From: Pocillopora damicornis
Taxonomy: Eukaryota
Direction of reading: 5' to 3'
Length of the DNA stretch: 64,000 bases
NCBI RefSeq assembly: GCF_003704095.1
Contig: NW_020845300.1
Coordinates: 558,001-622,000, forward strand
Shown: positions 59,701 to 64,000 of the stretch, piece by piece
Position numbering within the stretch: the stretch's first letter is position 1
Layout of the letters: every line of letters begins with the position of its first letter
The notes under the pieces: generated by a model
Databases searched by the model: none
Told to the model about the DNA's origin: nothing
What the model saw: the letters and a program-made list of their open reading frames with translations, nothing else
Position numbers and translations under genes: made by a program

Positions 59701-62700
59701 CGAAATCTTTCAACTCTGCCTAATAAACCGAAAAATGTCCCTCTAAGAGTTTCTGCATGAAACAACCACTTGCTGGATATTAAGTATATTTTGCCAAGGT
59801 CTTATTCAGTGTTTGTGTAAGGAGAGTTAGAGAAAGATTGAAGGATTGTAGCTTTAGCTTCCCACTTTTTCCTTAATATAAAATGGTGAGAAACACTGTT
59901 CTTGTTTTCTCGACAAAATATCAAACTTTGCGTGGAATTTTAAGCTGCGTCATACCAATTACGCTGATTAACCCGCTCTTGTTGTTTTACTTCCGGCTCT
60001 GGCTAACTATTTTAATGATGGACCAAATGACGCGTCGTGAAGGACCATTGTCATTTGTACTAAAATCTTCTAAACTTAGAGAAATGGCCTGTTTTCTCCC
60101 TGGATTATTTTGGAGGTTTGTTCGCTAGTGATTCTTATTTTGATAGTCATTCACTTCTTGCCCCACCCCTCCCATCCCTAATTAACGATGGACGGCAGTA
60201 CTTTCCGAAATCGCGGCTCCCTTTAATGCGCCTTGTCTTTTCTTTTACTCTTCTAAGTGTGATCGAGAACAATCATTAAGGCGTCCCGTCTGTTCTCTTG
60301 CGGAAACGCAGAAATTAATTTGAAATTAATCATTTAGATAATTTGCCTTTCACAAGATCCGTCCCTCTTACCCTCTGATTGATTCCTATCTGAACAGAGG
60401 TGAATTTACCAGGCATGCCCAAATTTAATGGTGCATATGAAATTAAACTGTTACAGAATGTAAACGAAAGTATACGCACGGAAACGTACATGCAGAGAGG
60501 AAATTCTTGAAGAACAAAGCGTTCTCTACAAGAAACTATACAAAATGAAGATGCAACCAGAAAAACAAGTCTAAAATCGATATTGAGAACTGAGGTCTGG
60601 AACTCCAACGTTTCAGAAACCTTTGCGCTAGTAAAAGTTTCGAGTCAATGACGCATAATCGTGAGTTTCATGCGAGTTGGAAAAGGTACATTCTGAAATA
60701 CCAAGTTTACGAGAACGTCATTGAGGAAAAAAAAAACTGAAGAAACTAGCCGGAAAGAGAGGAGCGCCAATCAACGGTGTTCGCTCTCTAGTGGTTTCTG
60801 CCCCGAAATTTTAGTTTTATGATGACTAGATTACCGGGAGCTATCTGTAGTTGTGTGGTAGAGCATCCGAAGTTCTGCCAGGACTCCGTCGAAGCCCCTT
60901 TTCTACGAGTATGCTCGTGTAGTTGAACGAAAACTTCTCTTGCTTCTTTCAGTCTCCCTGTGAAATGACTCATAAGCTCGACAGAAAAACTAGAGTATCA
61001 GACGCATAGAAGTGGAGTTCTTGCAACTGTGAGCGCGACAAGAAGAAAAATGTTCCATATGATATCGATGAAAATACTCTACCTCGCTGGCTTTTAAATG
61101 TGGCCCCACTGATCTACACCGAAAACCACAGTGATAAAAAGACAGCCATCGCCTTCCATCATACGCTTAAGTTTTCCCGTCAAAAGTTGCTAGGGCGCAG
61201 CGTGACAAAGTGCACTTAAGTACCTGTTAGTTTTGTTAATTTTACCAAAATTTATTACTTTACGAAAATTATTCTTTTTTTGAAAAAAAAAAATATGATT
61301 GCGTGCTACAAAATACTGAAATTTGCTCATACATGTCTCAACATCCAATTAATCACTTATGCGTTGCGAAAATTATTCGGTCTAAGAGAACGCATGTGAA
61401 TCTCTATTGTTTTGACAGAATAGTGATAAATCGTTTAATTTTGTCAATAGGGTTTTTCAGATCAACGCCAAAAATAACAACATTGTTATAGTTTTTAAGC
61501 CTTAAAGGTCAGCACAAAATCAACATCGCGTGGGGCTGCCCTCTTTCTTCTCGGAAGGAAATATATGTACAGTTCCGTTAACAATTAGATCGGTAGGAAA
61601 CGATCAATCTCTTTCTGAATTGCCTTTGTAATTAGATGGACCTAGCTTACACCAGAAAGAAAGAAACTTTGACCTTACAAAAACGCCTGCAGCGCTAGTA
61701 AAATGTTGTTTATTTGGCTGCCAAAAAAACAGTTTGCCGAGTTATTTTTATAACTGATAACTTTAATTTGCATCTGTTAATTTATGTTTTATATGGTGAA
61801 GTTTAAAACTGGGCGTTCAGTTTTCTTATAAAACGCTGCGAGTTATCAATGCTGTTTCTCGCACCGTTTCTAGAGTTTTTCAAAACGACATAAACCCGAT
61901 GTTGGATCACTGATATCAATACTGTGAAATAGAACAAGTTACTTCTCTCTCTTAAGAGAAAACGAAAGGGGAGAGATTAAACAGGAGACCCCAAAGTATC
62001 TAATTATTGCTAATTAATAACAGTAGACTAATTAATAACAGTAGAAAACTTTACTGATTCCATCTGCTTGGCTTCTAATATCCCACAGCTTTAAATTTTT
62101 ACTAAATAGTAAGTCCTGCTCACGTATCCTCGGTACGTAGTTTGAAACTATAAATAGCAGATTAACTTTTACAATAACCCACTTTTCGATTGGTATTTTC
62201 ACAGTATAAACAGAATTAACTTCCACAAAAACGTCTCTATAGATACCATGAGGATTGCGTCATTTCCCTAACTTGCGTGCAAAAGTGAAAACAGAGCTTT
62301 TTTTCCGATGGGAACGAGTTTTCTTTGCGTGGTCGGATTATTTTCAATTCCCTGTTGCGAGAATTACTTTATTGATTCCCTTGATGAATATTCTTCGTGG
62401 GAAATTGTACCTTACGACAACCTCCACATCCGTTTCTTAACCAATGGGCATGGTTGCCGGAGATGGGAAGGGCTAAGATTGTAATTTTTGGAGCACATTT
62501 TATATCAGAGAGCCACAACGTGACTCAACGAATCCAATAAAAACAAGCTAAGAAACAAATGGTAAAAAGTCAAAGAGAATGCGATGTCGAATTCTGTCTA
62601 TCAATAATACAACCACAAATGCATAGTGTCTATTTATAGCTCGTCTATGAGCATCAGAGGAATAAGGGTCAAAACAGTTTACCAGCATGGCAAGAAAACG

Positions 62701-64000
62701 CGATCATTAGTTCCTGATAACAACGTTCTATTCCAGACTGATTTCATGCAATAGTTTAACTGACTGCGTTGATCAGTGTACAGCCAGTATACATCTGATT
62801 ATAATAAATGAAAAAAAAAATGTTTTAAAAACATTTGTTAAGTCCTTCACAGTTTATGCATTGTCTCCTTCGATTTGTGGACCTGGCAGCACATGGTTCC
62901 TTCTACTGACAAAACAAACTTTATTTCTTGCCACAGCTCTTCCTGAATACACAGTCTAACACAAGGAAAACAAAACAGACATTTTTAAGGTTCAGGTCAT
63001 AGACCCCCGGAATGAAACAGCTGCTGATGTAGTGTGCCACCAAAGTGTCATGTGCTCAAAAAAAAGGCATACGGAATATTTGGAGAGTTTCGAATGAAAA
63101 AATATTTTCTTATACCACCATTCGCGTCGTTTTCCCGTGCATTTTAGCCTTGCCTTCCCTGATGCGTTTAAGGTAAAAACCACGTGGTTGCACAAGCCAG
63201 TAGTAACGAGACAGGGTGGAAGATGCGTTCAAGCGCGCGGAGCTTCGAATAAGTGTTAGACCTTGTATGTCGCATAGTGATGCCGTTTTAAATAGATCAT
63301 TGTCTACAGTGATCATGTGGCCGATTATCTTCCAAAGTCCCTATATGTGTGAGGTTTGTTGACAGCAAAACATCGCTCAAAAGACATGCAGCCCTTAATA
63401 AGATGCATCTATTGAACTCAAAATTGAACAAATTAGGACGAAATTTTCAGAAAATGTCTATGAATCTTTTAGAAATTAAATCTGAAACAAAAATCACAAA
63501 AACGGCGAAAGATTACACCGTACATCGACAATTGGACATGTTGGAAAAAATTGTATTAAACAGCAACTTTAGGGTGTTTTATTGAAAGTAAAAACGAGTA
63601 GAAACTCAACCTTTGTTGCCTTTTTGTCTAACCTGTGAAATTTGGAAAATTGGAATTAACTATACTTTATATACCGCATAAGTTACTTATATTCGTATAA
63701 CAGTTCCCGCAATGAGTTGAGCGTAATATGCAAATGATTTCGCTTTAAGACCCTCTTCCCAGCAGAAGAAACTCCAGAATTTTGAAGAACATTAGAAACT
63801 TCTTTACAGAAAGGACGAAGAGCAGGCGAAGAATTCGCCCGCCACTGAGCCTTGAAATGCTTGAAACCGAGAAATATTTGACTTCCTAAACCTTCATGAT
63901 TTTGTACTTTACTAACTTTTTAAATGGCGACGTGTTTTACGCATGCAAGGATCAAACCAGCGATCAGAACCGGCTCGAGAAGTAATGCACTGGAAGAGGC

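Overview
AT-rich, intron-rich eukaryotic (animal) DNA. The repeat families and gene style suggest a scleractinian coral or related anthozoan (inference). Two spliced genes lie on the minus strand. (1) A very large, highly divergent axonemal dynein heavy chain-like gene starts at ATG 43326 and runs off the window at position 1. I traced 70 exons by hand (~12.1 kb coding, ~4,030 aa), covering tail, linker, AAA1-AAA4, stalk/MTBD and the start of AAA5; at least one more exon is hidden in the 25669-26200 assembly gap. Its tail resembles outer-arm gamma-type (DNAH5/8-like) chains. AAA1 has lost Sensor I and Sensor II, the AAA4 P-loop is dead, and long Ser-rich insertions interrupt the tail, linker, ring, stalk and microtubule-binding domain, so it is a candidate regulatory or structural pseudo-motor dynein. 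(2) A complete 6-exon, ~391-aa secreted astacin metalloprotease with a C-terminal, strongly basic kringle domain (53630-46838). Introns carry TTAA-flanked piggyBac-like MITEs, palindromic Penelope-like elements with hammerhead-ribozyme-like cores, tRNA-derived SINEs, two minisatellites, a perfect RFX X-box, a probable GC-AG intron and a sharply bounded CpG-depleted domain. The last ~10 kb has no gene I can confidently call. All coordinates were read by eye.
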